The notes: generated by a model not told the origin, from the sequence alone. Numbered from the stretch's first letter, positions 39,862 through 49,384 are shown. The stretch: DNA of 64,000 bases from an uncultured Actinomycetes bacterium (GCA_963828885.1 CAWHGC010000002.1:83474-147473); one strand, 5' to 3'. Translations and numbers: made by a program.

Positions 39862-40338
39862 CTAGCCCAGGACGCGGACGAGGAGGACCGGGGTGTCGTG
39901 GTCGCCCCAGTACCCGGCGAAGTCCCTCGCGAGGGTGAAGCCGTTCGCGGCGTAGAAGGCGCGGGTCGCCTGGTAACCGTCGGCGATCTCGTCCGGTGGG
40001 TCGTTGGGGGACACCGTGAGCACCAGCAGCAGCCGTCGGCCGTCGGCCTCGAGGTCGGCCGCCAGCCGGTCCATCAACGTCCGCCCGACGCCGGCGTGCC
40101 GCTCGGCCGCGTGCACGGCCATCCACGTGATCTCGGCGGCCTCGTCGAAGCGGGGCTCGAACGTGAGGAAGCCCACGACGCGGTCCTCGCGCTCGGCCAC
40201 CAGCCCACGCTGCGAACGCACGGCCGCCGCGCACTCGCGCCGGCCGTCCTCGAGCCCGAAATGGTAGGGCAGGCTCGCGATGATCGCGTCGCAGGCCTCG
40301 GCGTCGGCGGCCTCGAGCGGCCGGATCGTGACGGACAT
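39862..40338 (-). CDS. GNAT family N-acetyltransferase
   Basis: EITWMAVHAAERHAGVGRTL, TRAFYAANGF. Confidence 0.88.
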   Translation of the reverse strand: MSVTIRPLEAADAEACDAIIASLPYHFGLEDGRRECAAAVRSQRGLVAEREDRVVGFLTFEPRFDEAAEITWMAVHAAERHAGVGRTLMDRLAADLEADGRRLLLVLTVSPNDPPDEIADGYQATRAFYAANGFTLARDFAGYWGDHDTPVLLVRVLG

Positions 40339-40368
40339 GCGCCGGATGATAGGGCGCGGACGCCGCGA

Positions 40369-41679
40369 CTACGACGTGACGGGCTCGCCGGTCTCCGCGA
40401 CCCGCTCGATCAGGTCGGCGCCGCGGATCCGGCCGGGGTCGGCGCGGATCGCCTCGGCGTTCGCACGCATCCGCGCGCGCAGCATCTCGTCGGCCAGCAA
40501 CCGGTCGACGGTGCCGGTGAGCTCCCGGGGCTCCCAGCCGTACGTGGGCAGCCGCTCGCCGAAGCCCGTCTCCGACAGGCGCTGAGCGTTGTCGTACTGA
40601 TCCCAGAACAGCGGGAGCCCGATCATGGGGAGTCCGAAGTGGAAGCCCTCGCACACCGTGTTGTTGCCGCCGTGCGTGATCAGCAGGTCGCACTGCGGCA
40701 GGATCGAGGGCTGCGGCAGGAACTGATCCCCGTACATGTTGGGCCCGAGCTTCATCTGATCCTTCAGCGGCCCCATCGACACGATCGTGCGGTGCTCGGT
40801 CTCGGCCATCGCGTCGATCAACCGCTGCATCAGCGCCACGTCCATGCAGCCGAGCGAGCCGAGCGACAGGTACACGACCTTCCCGTCGCCGGGTACGTGC
40901 TCATCGACGTCGAAGGCGGTCTCGTTCGTCCGCACGGTCGAGTTCAGCCGATGCCAGGACGCGTCGAGCGGCCTCGCGCGGGCGTAGTCGGCCACCTCGG
41001 GGAACAGGTACAGATTGCACCAGGGAGAGTTCGTGTTGAACTCGTCGGGTGGGCAGGGCGACACGCCCACCGACGCCCGGAAATCGTTGTGCTCGGCCAG
41101 CAGGTCCTCGTGCTGGCGGTGGTACTCCTCGCGGAAGGCCCCCCACTGGCTCCGATCGTCGACCGGCAGGCCCGACAGCGCCGGCGGGAGGTCGGGATCG
41201 CGCATCTCGAGCGGGTTCGCCGACACGAAGCGCACCCACGGCGCGCCGGCGAGCTCGACGGCCGCGTAGCCGGTCACGTTGTCCGTGCACACGACGTCGG
41301 GGCGGACGTCGTCCCAGATCTCCATCAGGCGGCCGTGCGAGTAGCGCTCGCCGGCGACGAGCGCCTCCCAGATCGGCTTCGTGACGGTGCCGATCTGTTC
41401 GATCGTCGGCGTGGCGAACTCGGGCGCCGTCACGCGGATGAACTCCGCCCACGGGTCGGCGGTGGGGTCGGCGTTCTCCTCGGGCGGCGCCATGCGCATC
41501 AACCGCTCCTCGAACCCGCGCTTGTCGAGCTCGCCCTCGAAGGACTCGTCGACGACGAACACGATGCGGTGACCGCGCTCGGCCAGCACGTTCGCGATGG
41601 CGACGCAGTTGTTCGTCGGACCCCAGGCGCCGGGCTCCGGGAAGAAGACGATCGTCCTGCGGGGCGTCGGTGACTCCAT
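40369..41679 (-). CDS. Glycosyltransferase family 1 (MGT/UDPGT-like)
   Basis: YLSLGSLG, FLPQPSILPQCDLLITHGGNNTVCE..GLPMIGLPLFWDQYDNA (PSPG-like box). Confidence 0.88.
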   Translation of the reverse strand: MESPTPRRTIVFFPEPGAWGPTNNCVAIANVLAERGHRIVFVVDESFEGELDKRGFEERLMRMAPPEENADPTADPWAEFIRVTAPEFATPTIEQIGTVTKPIWEALVAGERYSHGRLMEIWDDVRPDVVCTDNVTGYAAVELAGAPWVRFVSANPLEMRDPDLPPALSGLPVDDRSQWGAFREEYHRQHEDLLAEHNDFRASVGVSPCPPDEFNTNSPWCNLYLFPEVADYARARPLDASWHRLNSTVRTNETAFDVDEHVPGDGKVVYLSLGSLGCMDVALMQRLIDAMAETEHRTIVSMGPLKDQMKLGPNMYGDQFLPQPSILPQCDLLITHGGNNTVCEGFHFGLPMIGLPLFWDQYDNAQRLSETGFGERLPTYGWEPRELTGTVDRLLADEMLRARMRANAEAIRADPGRIRGADLIERVAETGEPVTS

Positions 41680-41764
41680 GGCTCCTCCTGCGGGTCGACG
41701 TGCGCGCAGCGGACTATGCCACAAGGGGTCGCGCGACGCCCGCGCTGCCGGTAGCATCGCGCCG

Positions 41765-42283
41765 ATGCTGAGTCCCGACGAGGCGATCGACACCCTCGCC
41801 CGCGGTCACCGCGAGGTGCACGCGCTGCTGGCCGGCATCTCCCTGGAGGAGCTCGACGAGCCGGCCACGATCGGCGGCGGCGAATGGTCGGCGAAGGACC
41901 TCGTCGGTCACCTCACCACGTGGGAGGAGATCGCGCTCGCGACCGTCGAGGAGTGGCGGGCCGGCGAGGATCCCGCGATCCTGCAGACCCTCGCGGCCGA
42001 CGGCACCGACGAGCTGAACGCGGATGAGGTCGCCCGCAAGTCGGGGACGCCGCTTGAGGACCAGCTCGTCCGCTTCGACGACATCCATCGTGAGCTCGCC
42101 GAGGTCCTCGCGAGCCTGGCCGGCGCGGAGTGGTCCCAGGCGGCGCGGGACGACCGCGAGCCCGAGCGCACCATCGGCTCGCTGCTCGGCGGCGTGCTGG
42201 GAACCGACGAGCGCCCCTTCGATCACATCTCCGCGCACCTGCGGGACCTGCGCGCCTTTTCGGCACCGCGCGCCCCCGGTTAG
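41765..42283 (+). CDS. DinB/MDMPI-like four-helix-bundle protein
   Basis: WSAKDLVGHLTTWE, C-terminal H..AH. Confidence 0.75.
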   Translation: MLSPDEAIDTLARGHREVHALLAGISLEELDEPATIGGGEWSAKDLVGHLTTWEEIALATVEEWRAGEDPAILQTLAADGTDELNADEVARKSGTPLEDQLVRFDDIHRELAEVLASLAGAEWSQAARDDREPERTIGSLLGGVLGTDERPFDHISAHLRDLRAFSAPRAPG

Positions 42284-42364
42284 GTAACGGGCGGGGGACA
42301 GCGGAGTGAACGCTCCTCCCCACGGGTTGACTCCCACGCGGCCGCGTGCACAGACTGATCGTCG

Positions 42365-43051
42365 ATGACCCCCCTCCCCGCCCCCCCGGTGCGACCGACC
42401 GTTCGGGTGCTGCTCGTCGACGACCATCGGATGTTCACGCAGGCGCTCGAGGGGCTACTCGGGGGCGAGGCCGGTATCGAGCCGGTCGGGGTGGCAGGGT
42501 CGGTGGACGAGGCCCTCGCGCAGCTCGACGGCGCCCGGCCCGACGTCGTGCTGATGGACCTCGATCTGCCGGGTGCGAGCGGGATCGAAGGCACCAGAGA
42601 GGTTCGCCGGCGCCGGCCGGAGACGGCCGTCGTCATCGTGACGTCGCACGATGATCCCGATCTGATCGTCGACGCGATCCGCGCGGGCGCGTGCGGTTAC
42701 GTGTTGAAGACCCATGCCGTGGACGAGCTCGTGTCGATCATCCGGCAGGCCGCAGCCGGCGGGATGGTGCTGTCGCCCGACGTCCCGCAGCCGATCGGCG
42801 CCGTTCGTCGCCCTCGGACGGGACGGGATCGTGGCGGCCGGCACCCGCTTACGGAGCGGGAGATGGACGTGCTACGGCAACTCGCGAGCGGACGCTCGAC
42901 CGAGCAGATCGCCGATTCCCTCTTCATCAGCGTGCTCACCGTGCGCAGCCATGTGAAGAGCATCCTCGCCAAGCTCGGCGTGCACTCGAAGCTCGAGGCC
43001 GTCACCTATGCCCTGCACCTCGGGTTGATCGAGGTCAGCCGCCCGGCCTGA
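42365..43051 (+). CDS. NarL/LuxR family response regulator (no adjacent kinase)
   Basis: VLLVDDH, VLMDLDLP, GYVLK, LTEREMDVL...TVRSHVKSILAKLGV. Confidence 0.92.
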   Translation: MTPLPAPPVRPTVRVLLVDDHRMFTQALEGLLGGEAGIEPVGVAGSVDEALAQLDGARPDVVLMDLDLPGASGIEGTREVRRRRPETAVVIVTSHDDPDLIVDAIRAGACGYVLKTHAVDELVSIIRQAAAGGMVLSPDVPQPIGAVRRPRTGRDRGGRHPLTEREMDVLRQLASGRSTEQIADSLFISVLTVRSHVKSILAKLGVHSKLEAVTYALHLGLIEVSRPA

Positions 43052-43790
43052 CCGTGTCGTCGGGCCTCACCGCCCGGATCGTCAGCAGCAGTTGGTAGTT
43101 CGCGGCGTCGTCGGCCTCGAGCTCGTCGGCGGTGAGGTCCTCGGCGGCGAGGCCGTACAGGAACGCGGCGGCCGACAGGACGTTGCCGTGCGCGTGGACC
43201 TCGGCCTCGAGGCCGCTCTCCCGCAGCAGCCGTTCCAGAGATTGGGTGGTGAACCGCCAGAAGTCCCCCCAGAGTTCGGCGTCCGGATGCACGATCGCGC
43301 TGATGCCGGGGGCCGTCGCCAGCAGCACGCCGCCGGGGCGCAGGATGCGTCGGAGCGTCCTCAGGGCGGCCGGCACGTCGTAGATCTCGTGCAGCGTCTG
43401 CGTGAGGACGACGCAGTCGAAGGTGTCATCGGCCAGGCCCTCGCCGGTCGTGAGGTCGCCGACGATCGTGACGCCCGTGTGGCCCTCCTCCAGGTGCAGG
43501 ACGTCGGCGGTCGTGACGTCGGAGCCGAAGCTCCGGAGGTAGAAGTCGGCTCCGAGCTCGAGGCAGTGCCCCCGGATGTCCGACGAGCGCTGCCGGAGGA
43601 AGGCCTCGATGTAGTGGCGGTCGACCGGCTGCCCACGGTCGGAGCCCCACGTCGTCGAGATCGGGGTCGTCCGGCGCAGGTCGCCCAGGTCGATCGGCGC
43701 GTGCGCCCTCCGCGCGCGAGCCCACCGGCGGAGCCGCCGCCGGATCCCGGCCGGGAGCAGCGAGGTCGCCCTCGAGGTCAGTCCAGCCAT
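43035..43790 (-). CDS. SAM-dependent methyltransferase, glycan-locus type
   Basis: DRGQPVDRHYIEAFL, CLELG, FDCVVLTQTL, LRPGGVLL, DFWRFT. Confidence 0.8.
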   Translation of the reverse strand: MAGLTSRATSLLPAGIRRRLRRWARARRAHAPIDLGDLRRTTPISTTWGSDRGQPVDRHYIEAFLRQRSSDIRGHCLELGADFYLRSFGSDVTTADVLHLEEGHTGVTIVGDLTTGEGLADDTFDCVVLTQTLHEIYDVPAALRTLRRILRPGGVLLATAPGISAIVHPDAELWGDFWRFTTQSLERLLRESGLEAEVHAHGNVLSAAAFLYGLAAEDLTADELEADDAANYQLLLTIRAVRPDDTVRPGG

Positions 43791-44485
43791 GCCACGCCTT
43801 CGCCTCCCCGCCGGCGTTCCATCCGGCGCATCGCATCGCGCAGATCGTTCCACGAGCCGTCCCGGCCCGCCGCGAGCTGCGGGAGTTGCGACGCGTACGC
43901 CTCGATCGCCCGCTGCTTGGCGCGGCGGCTCCTCAGTCCCGCCCGCTCGACGGTCCACGCCGGGTCCATCGGGAGCCGCCCGGACAGCGCTCGGCCGCTG
44001 GGCCGTCCCAACCCGACGGCGTAGGGCTGTTCCACGTACAGCCCGAGCCGCCAGCCCGCCGGCCGGCGGTCGACGGCGAGGTCGCACAGCCACCGGTGGT
44101 CGGCGTGCGTCAACGGGAACCCCGGCGCGAGCACGGTGGCGGTGTCGCCGACCGCGTCGAGGACCTCGCGCCAGATCGGATCGTCGTCGACGCGTCCGTA
44201 CTGGGCGTCCCCGTGGTCGAGCCACACCGGCTCGAGGCCCAGCTCCGCGCATGCCGCTCGGTCCTCGGCACGCCGCCGCCGCGCGGCCTCGCCGGCGGTG
44301 GCAGAGCCCGAGGCCGCGTCCCACGGTCCCGCCGGCACCTGTGAGTCCGGCTCACCGGCCAGCACGGTCAGGACGCGGACGCGCGCGCCGCCGCGCGACC
44401 ACCCGGCGGCGGCCGCGCCCAGCGAGAACACACCGTCGTCCAGGTGCGGCGACAGGATCACCACGTCCGGCCCGGGATCGGTCAT
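43778..44485 (-). CDS. PIG-L family deacetylase
   Basis: VILSPHLDD, RRAED, THADH, YVEQPY, YASQ. Confidence 0.85.
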   Translation of the reverse strand: MTDPGPDVVILSPHLDDGVFSLGAAAAGWSRGGARVRVLTVLAGEPDSQVPAGPWDAASGSATAGEAARRRRAEDRAACAELGLEPVWLDHGDAQYGRVDDDPIWREVLDAVGDTATVLAPGFPLTHADHRWLCDLAVDRRPAGWRLGLYVEQPYAVGLGRPSGRALSGRLPMDPAWTVERAGLRSRRAKQRAIEAYASQLPQLAAGRDGSWNDLRDAMRRMERRRGGEGVAWLD

Positions 44486-45909
44486 CGCCAGCACCACCCC
44501 TCGGGCGGCGGGAACGGCTCCAGGATCCTCGGGCGCGGCGGATCGCCGGAGAGGGCTTCCGGACGGCAGTCGGAGAACCACATCCTTGCGTTCCACGCCC
44601 CCGGATCCAGCGGACGGAACGTGAGCACCGGCAGGAAGTACACGAGCCACCCGATCGACGCCGCCACGACCACCACCGTCAGCGCCCGCCCGCTCCTCCT
44701 CGGCCAGATACGCAGCCCGACCCGGGCGATCGCCAGACACAGGAACGGGACCGCGGGCAGGAAGTAGAAGCTGAACGAGAACGAGCGGACCGAGGTGACG
44801 GGCACCCACCAGAGATAGCCGGCCGCCACCCCGGCGAGGATCGCGCCCTCGGGCTCGCTCCACCGCCGGCGCCGCGCCCATCGCACGGCGCACACCACCA
44901 CGCACAGGGTCCCCATCCACCACACGACCGGGTTCCCGATCGCGAGGATCTCCCGGAAGGCGCCGCCGGCATCGTCGAAGTCGAACACGACGGGTCGCTT
45001 CAGCAGCGGCCAGGACCAGGCCGGCGAGCCGTACGGGTGGGACTCGGTGAGTCCCGCGTGATACGTGAGGATGTGGCCCTGGCGACGCAGGAACGCCCAC
45101 GCCCACGATCCACGATCCCACGGCGCGGCGAGGACCGTGCCGTCGAGGCGGCCGGCGAACGAGAGCACGTAGAGGACGAGCGGCAGGGCGACGAGCCACA
45201 CCGTCGTCGGCGCGAGGTCCGCGCGCATCGCCGTCCATCGGCCGGTCTCCCCGCGCTCGCGCGCCGCCGCCCGATCCCACACGAGGACCAGCACGATCGC
45301 GACGAGCAGGAACGGGATGCCCGACCACTTCGAGGCTGCGGCGGCGCCGCCCGCCACGCCGGCCGCCGGCAGCCAGGGCCGGTCGCGCAGGCGCTCGCCG
45401 GAGCGGCGCGTGCGGTCGCGGTCGAGCACCACGAACAGGATCGTGGCGACCGCGAACGTGGCGACGAACACGTCCAGCATCGCGGTCCTCGAGAGCACGA
45501 GGTGCATCCCGTCCACCGCAAGGAGTCCGGAGGCCAGCAACGCCCCGGGCGACGATCGGAGGAGCCGCCGCGCGAGCAGGTACGTGAGCGCGATGCCCGC
45601 GGTGCCGGCGAGGGCCGGCATCACACGCCATCCGAACGGTGTGTAGCCGAAGACCTTGATCCCACCGGCGATCAACCACTTCGCAAGGAGCGGGTGCTCC
45701 TCCGACAGCGGCGACGCGATCCCGCACACCGAGGGCGTCTTCACGAACACGCAGGCGTCCTGCGCGTAGTACACCTCGTCGAACACGATGCGCCCGGGCA
45801 CGGTGAGATGCCAGAAGCGCAGGAACCCGCCGGCCAGCGTCACGAATGCGAGCGCCCAGCCGTCCCATCGCGTCCAGGGGTAGTCGGCGACGGGGTCGTC
45901 GGCGGTCAT
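44482..45909 (-). CDS. Polyprenol-phosphate-mannose:protein mannosyltransferase-like (GT39/PMT)
   Basis: IVFDEVYYAQDA (DE motif), HPLLAKW, FGWR, SRTAMLD, SKWSG, HPYGSPAWSWP, GNPVVWW. Confidence 0.85.
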   Translation of the reverse strand: MTADDPVADYPWTRWDGWALAFVTLAGGFLRFWHLTVPGRIVFDEVYYAQDACVFVKTPSVCGIASPLSEEHPLLAKWLIAGGIKVFGYTPFGWRVMPALAGTAGIALTYLLARRLLRSSPGALLASGLLAVDGMHLVLSRTAMLDVFVATFAVATILFVVLDRDRTRRSGERLRDRPWLPAAGVAGGAAAASKWSGIPFLLVAIVLVLVWDRAAARERGETGRWTAMRADLAPTTVWLVALPLVLYVLSFAGRLDGTVLAAPWDRGSWAWAFLRRQGHILTYHAGLTESHPYGSPAWSWPLLKRPVVFDFDDAGGAFREILAIGNPVVWWMGTLCVVVCAVRWARRRRWSEPEGAILAGVAAGYLWWVPVTSVRSFSFSFYFLPAVPFLCLAIARVGLRIWPRRSGRALTVVVVAASIGWLVYFLPVLTFRPLDPGAWNARMWFSDCRPEALSGDPPRPRILEPFPPPEGWCWR

Positions 45910-46967
45910 GGCGTGTCCGGCGCGAGACGGGAGGCCAGCCGGGTCACGCGGCGTGTCACGTCCCGGACGCGGCGGTCGGCGCCGTCGCGGACATCGTCGG
46001 AGAGCAGGTCCTCCATACGCCGGCCGGTCGCCCACGCCGCGTCCCACGCCCGGCCGAACGCGGTCCTGGTCCTGGCACCGCGGAGCGCCGCGCTCCACCA
46101 GAGCCAACGGACGGCGGACGACACCCAGGCCGCCCACGCGCTTGCGGTGCGCGCACCCCGGTGACGGTCCGACGGCACTCCCGGCCGGGGCGCACGCCGG
46201 TAGTCGTTGCGACCGGCGGCGAACCCCTTCGCGAGGCACACCCGCGGCGACGGCACCGGCGTGCGGTGATGCACGACGGCGTCGGGCACGAACCACACCT
46301 CGCCGCCCGCTGCGCGCACCCGGGTCTGGAACTCGATGTCCTCGTTGAGCTCGGGCCGACCGGTCGCCGGCCGCGTCCCATCGCGCACGCCGAGGTCGTC
46401 GTCCCACGCGCCGAGCCGTTCGAACACGCGACGCGGCACCGCCGTGTTTCCGCCCCAGACCGACTCGGTTGCCTCGAGCGCCCGGCGATCGCCCCAGTCC
46501 ACGAAGACGAGCGACCGCGCCGCCCGGTCCGCGAACCACGAGGGCCACTCCCGGTCCTGCGGCACGGGGTGGATCGCGCCGCCGGCCACGATCAGCTCCT
46601 CGGCCCGGCGGTCGGCGAAGAACCCGAGGTATCCCTGCACGAAGCCGGGTTGCACGATCATGTCGTCGTCGGTGAAGATCAGCAGGGAGCCGAGCGCGGC
46701 GGCGACGCCGGCGTTCAACGCGGGCGCGCGGCCCAGGCGAGCCTCGCGCACGACACGAACGCGAGGGTCGCGCGCGGCCGCCTCGGCGGCGACCTCGGGC
46801 GTGCGATCGGTGGACGCGTTGTCGACGACGACGATCTCGAACGGAGTCGCAGATCTCTGAGCGGTGAGGCTCTCCAGGCAGTCCGCGAGGAGGGACGCGC
46901 GGTTGCGTGTGGGGATCACGACGCTGACCGTCGCCGGGGCGCCGCTCACGACGGGCTCGGGAACCAT
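45906..46967 (-). CDS. Glycosyltransferase family 2
   Basis: VSVVIPTRNR, VDNASTD, NAGV, FTDDD, EDIEF. Confidence 0.9.
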   Translation of the reverse strand: MVPEPVVSGAPATVSVVIPTRNRASLLADCLESLTAQRSATPFEIVVVDNASTDRTPEVAAEAAARDPRVRVVREARLGRAPALNAGVAAALGSLLIFTDDDMIVQPGFVQGYLGFFADRRAEELIVAGGAIHPVPQDREWPSWFADRAARSLVFVDWGDRRALEATESVWGGNTAVPRRVFERLGAWDDDLGVRDGTRPATGRPELNEDIEFQTRVRAAGGEVWFVPDAVVHHRTPVPSPRVCLAKGFAAGRNDYRRAPRPGVPSDRHRGARTASAWAAWVSSAVRWLWWSAALRGARTRTAFGRAWDAAWATGRRMEDLLSDDVRDGADRRVRDVTRRVTRLASRLAPDTP

Positions 46968-47653
46968 CCCCCGAAGGTTCGCCGCGCCAGCGCTCCGGCC
47001 GCCTCCTCGATGCGTTCGACGCGGTGGCTGCTGCCGGCCAGCGTGTCGAAGACGACCATCGAGTTGTACGTCGCCTGCCGACGGTCGACCGATCCGTCGG
47101 CCGCCGTCATGGTGAGCCCGCCGCCATGTCGCTCTTCCCAGCCCGGGGTGAGGTACATCACGAGGGCGACGCGCCGGCTGCGGTTCGCGTCGTCGTGTTC
47201 ACGGAGGAAGTCGCCGACACCGAACTCGTGACACCCGAAGTCGTCGCTCGGCCCGAGCTCGAGGCCGGTGATCGCCTCGAACAGATCGTGGAACGCCGGC
47301 TCCGTCACGAACGAACGCCACTGGAGGTACGTCAGCATGGCGTCGGAGAGCATCTGCTCCGGTCGCTGGCCGCTCAGCTTGCCGAAACGGAAGAAGCGGT
47401 CCTCCTCGGCGGCGGCGTTCCAGGTCTCGGCCGGCACGCCCTCCTCGGACGAGTACACGCCGTGCTCGACGGTGTAGAGGGCGGCATCGGCGAGGAACGT
47501 GGCGAGCCGGTCGGCGACCTCGGGCAGGAGGAACTCCTCCAACACGACCATACGCGCTGGGTGCGAGGTCATGGTCTCGCGATATCCGTCCAGCGCGTCG
47601 CCGGTGAGGTGCTGCGGCTGGATCCAGCGCCCGAGTGCGTTCGTGTCCACCAT
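46946..47653 (-). CDS. 2OG-Fe(II) oxygenase (prolyl-hydroxylase-like)
   Basis: FLREHDD (HxD), VALVMYLTPGW...GGGL, NSMVVF, SHRV (distal His), RRTFGGWF. Confidence 0.85.
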   Translation of the reverse strand: MVDTNALGRWIQPQHLTGDALDGYRETMTSHPARMVVLEEFLLPEVADRLATFLADAALYTVEHGVYSSEEGVPAETWNAAAEEDRFFRFGKLSGQRPEQMLSDAMLTYLQWRSFVTEPAFHDLFEAITGLELGPSDDFGCHEFGVGDFLREHDDANRSRRVALVMYLTPGWEERHGGGLTMTAADGSVDRRQATYNSMVVFDTLAGSSHRVERIEEAAGALARRTFGGWFPSPS

Positions 47654-47741
47654 CGTCCGGCACCTTACCGGTGGTGTCCGGGTCGCGCCAGGCTCGTCGC
47701 CGTTTGACGGGCGTGTTCGGAGCTCGCCACACTGCGCCCGC

Positions 47742-49067
47742 ATGGGCGATCCAGGTCTCGCCGCGGAGGGCGCGCCCGGCCTCGACCGGGTCCTCGACCG
47801 GATCCGCGGCCGAGGTGCCGGCGTCCTCACCGTTGCCCTCCCCGACCCGGACGCGCCGGACGGCCCTCCCGCGCACGTGCATCTGATCGTGGGATCGCGG
47901 GCTCACGAACGGATCGCGCGCGTGGAGCTCGCCGCCGGCGGCTGGTGGGTCCGGCTGGGCGAGCTCGGGGTCTGGCGGCTCGCGCGCACCGTCACGTACC
48001 TGTGGCCCGGCGAGCCCACGATCTCGCTGCACCGTGGCGTGCCGTCCGCGCCGCTGCCGGCCGCGGCCCTGCGCCGTCTGGAGGCAGCGATGCGCGATCG
48101 CGCGGCCGGGGACGGCTCGGTCGACGCGGCGGCCGCCGCCGTGTTCGCCGCGGTGCTGTCGGCGCGTCCCGGGTTCGACCGAGCGACCAGGGTCCGCGCG
48201 TTCGCGGCCATGGCGGCCGCGCTGCAGGACCCGACCGGGGCGCGTGAGCTCGCCGCCGCCACCGGCGTCGCCCGTGCGTTCGCCTGGGCCGAGCTCGCGG
48301 CCGCGTCGTCATCGCCGCCGCGCGGATCGGCCCCGCTCGCCGACGGAGGAGTGGGCGCGCTGCTGTGGCCGGCCGCCCGCCTCGCCGCCCGTGCGAGGCC
48401 TCCACGGCTGCGCGCGCTGCTGCTCGGCACGCCCAGGATCGGCGCCGCGCCCAGCCGCACGCGGTTCGCGGGCCTCGAGCTGGACGGCGGCCCCGCCGTG
48501 TTCGTGCCGAGGAGGATGAGCGAGCCGCTCGTCGGCCTCGCGGTCGAGCGGCTGGCGCCCGGCGACGTGATGGTCGAGGCCGGCACCGGCTGCGGGGCGG
48601 TGGCGCTGGCCGTCGCCCGCGCGCGGGCGGATGCGGAGATCCACGCGGTCGATACCTCGAGCGAGGCGGTCCGCTGGGCGCGGCGCAACGCCGCGAGGCT
48701 CGGCCTGGGCCGGGTCCGTTTCCATCGCGGATCGCTGCTGGAGCCGGTCTCGGCCGAGGTCGTCGGCCGAGTGGGCGTGATCGTCTCGAGCGTGCCGTAC
48801 GTGGCGCCCGGCCGGTGGGGCGACCGGGACCGGTACGGCGCCGTCGAGGGCGCGGGCGCCGACGGGCTCGACCTGCAGCGGGCGCTGGCGGCCCAGGCAC
48901 GAACCGCGCTCCGGCCCGGCGGACACCTGCTCCAGCAGGTGGGCGCCGACCAGTGGAGCGGGCTCGCCGAGGAGCTGGGGAAGATGGGGTTCGAGACCGG
49001 GGAGATCGTCGGCGGGAGCGCCGGCGACGTCCTCACGTGGGCTCGGCGGGATGACGAGAACGGCTGA
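47742..49067 (+). CDS. HemK/PrmC-like methyltransferase fused to a ~240-aa N-terminal domain of unknown function
   Basis: C-terminal VFVPRRMSE, EAGTGCGAVAL, VDTS, ARRN, GSLLEP, SSVPYV (NPPY-like), GADGL. Confidence 0.75.
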   Translation: MGDPGLAAEGAPGLDRVLDRIRGRGAGVLTVALPDPDAPDGPPAHVHLIVGSRAHERIARVELAAGGWWVRLGELGVWRLARTVTYLWPGEPTISLHRGVPSAPLPAAALRRLEAAMRDRAAGDGSVDAAAAAVFAAVLSARPGFDRATRVRAFAAMAAALQDPTGARELAAATGVARAFAWAELAAASSSPPRGSAPLADGGVGALLWPAARLAARARPPRLRALLLGTPRIGAAPSRTRFAGLELDGGPAVFVPRRMSEPLVGLAVERLAPGDVMVEAGTGCGAVALAVARARADAEIHAVDTSSEAVRWARRNAARLGLGRVRFHRGSLLEPVSAEVVGRVGVIVSSVPYVAPGRWGDRDRYGAVEGAGADGLDLQRALAAQARTALRPGGHLLQQVGADQWSGLAEELGKMGFETGEIVGGSAGDVLTWARRDDENG

Positions 49068-49135
49068 CATGCAGGCCGAACGGACCGGCATCGGACCTAG
49101 GTCCATCGCTCCTGGTCTTCTGGCCGTTGGGCCAT

Positions 49136-49165
49136 TTGACATCCCCTGCCTACGACGGTTACTGT
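49136..49165 (+). promoter_or_regulatory. Sigma70/HrdB-type promoter for the lasso precursor
   Basis: TTGACA (49136-41), 18-nt spacer, TACTGT (49160-65). RBS AAGGAGG at 49198-49204. Confidence 0.7.
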
Positions 49166-49208
49166 CCCCCGAAGCGAGCACGTGAACCCCCGACCGCAAG
49201 GAGGCGCT

Positions 49209-49355
49209 ATGCGCTACGAGAAGCCCGAGGTGAAGGACTTCGGTTCGATCGCCGGTCACACCTTCGACAACCCCGGTGTGGGCGACAAGAGCTCGGACAC
49301 CACGTTCGAGACCGACCCGATGTACGGCGAGTACTCGCACCCGGCCGCTTCCTAA
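49209..49355 (+). CDS. Lasso peptide precursor (A), 48 aa
   Basis: MRYEKPEVKDFGSIAGHTF-DNPGVGDKSSDTTFETDPMYGEYSHPAAS. YxxPxV and GxxxxxT(-2) leader motifs, strong RBS, directly upstream of the cyclase. Absent from the ORF track, apparently because of its length. Confidence 0.9.
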   Translation: MRYEKPEVKDFGSIAGHTFDNPGVGDKSSDTTFETDPMYGEYSHPAAS

Positions 49356-49384
49356 GGCCTGGTACCAAACCGAACAACCCTTTC

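Noticed and set aside
24030-43000. Integrative element or prophage at tRNA-Leu
   Set aside because: No integrase, transposase, phage gene or duplicated tRNA 3' end was seen.
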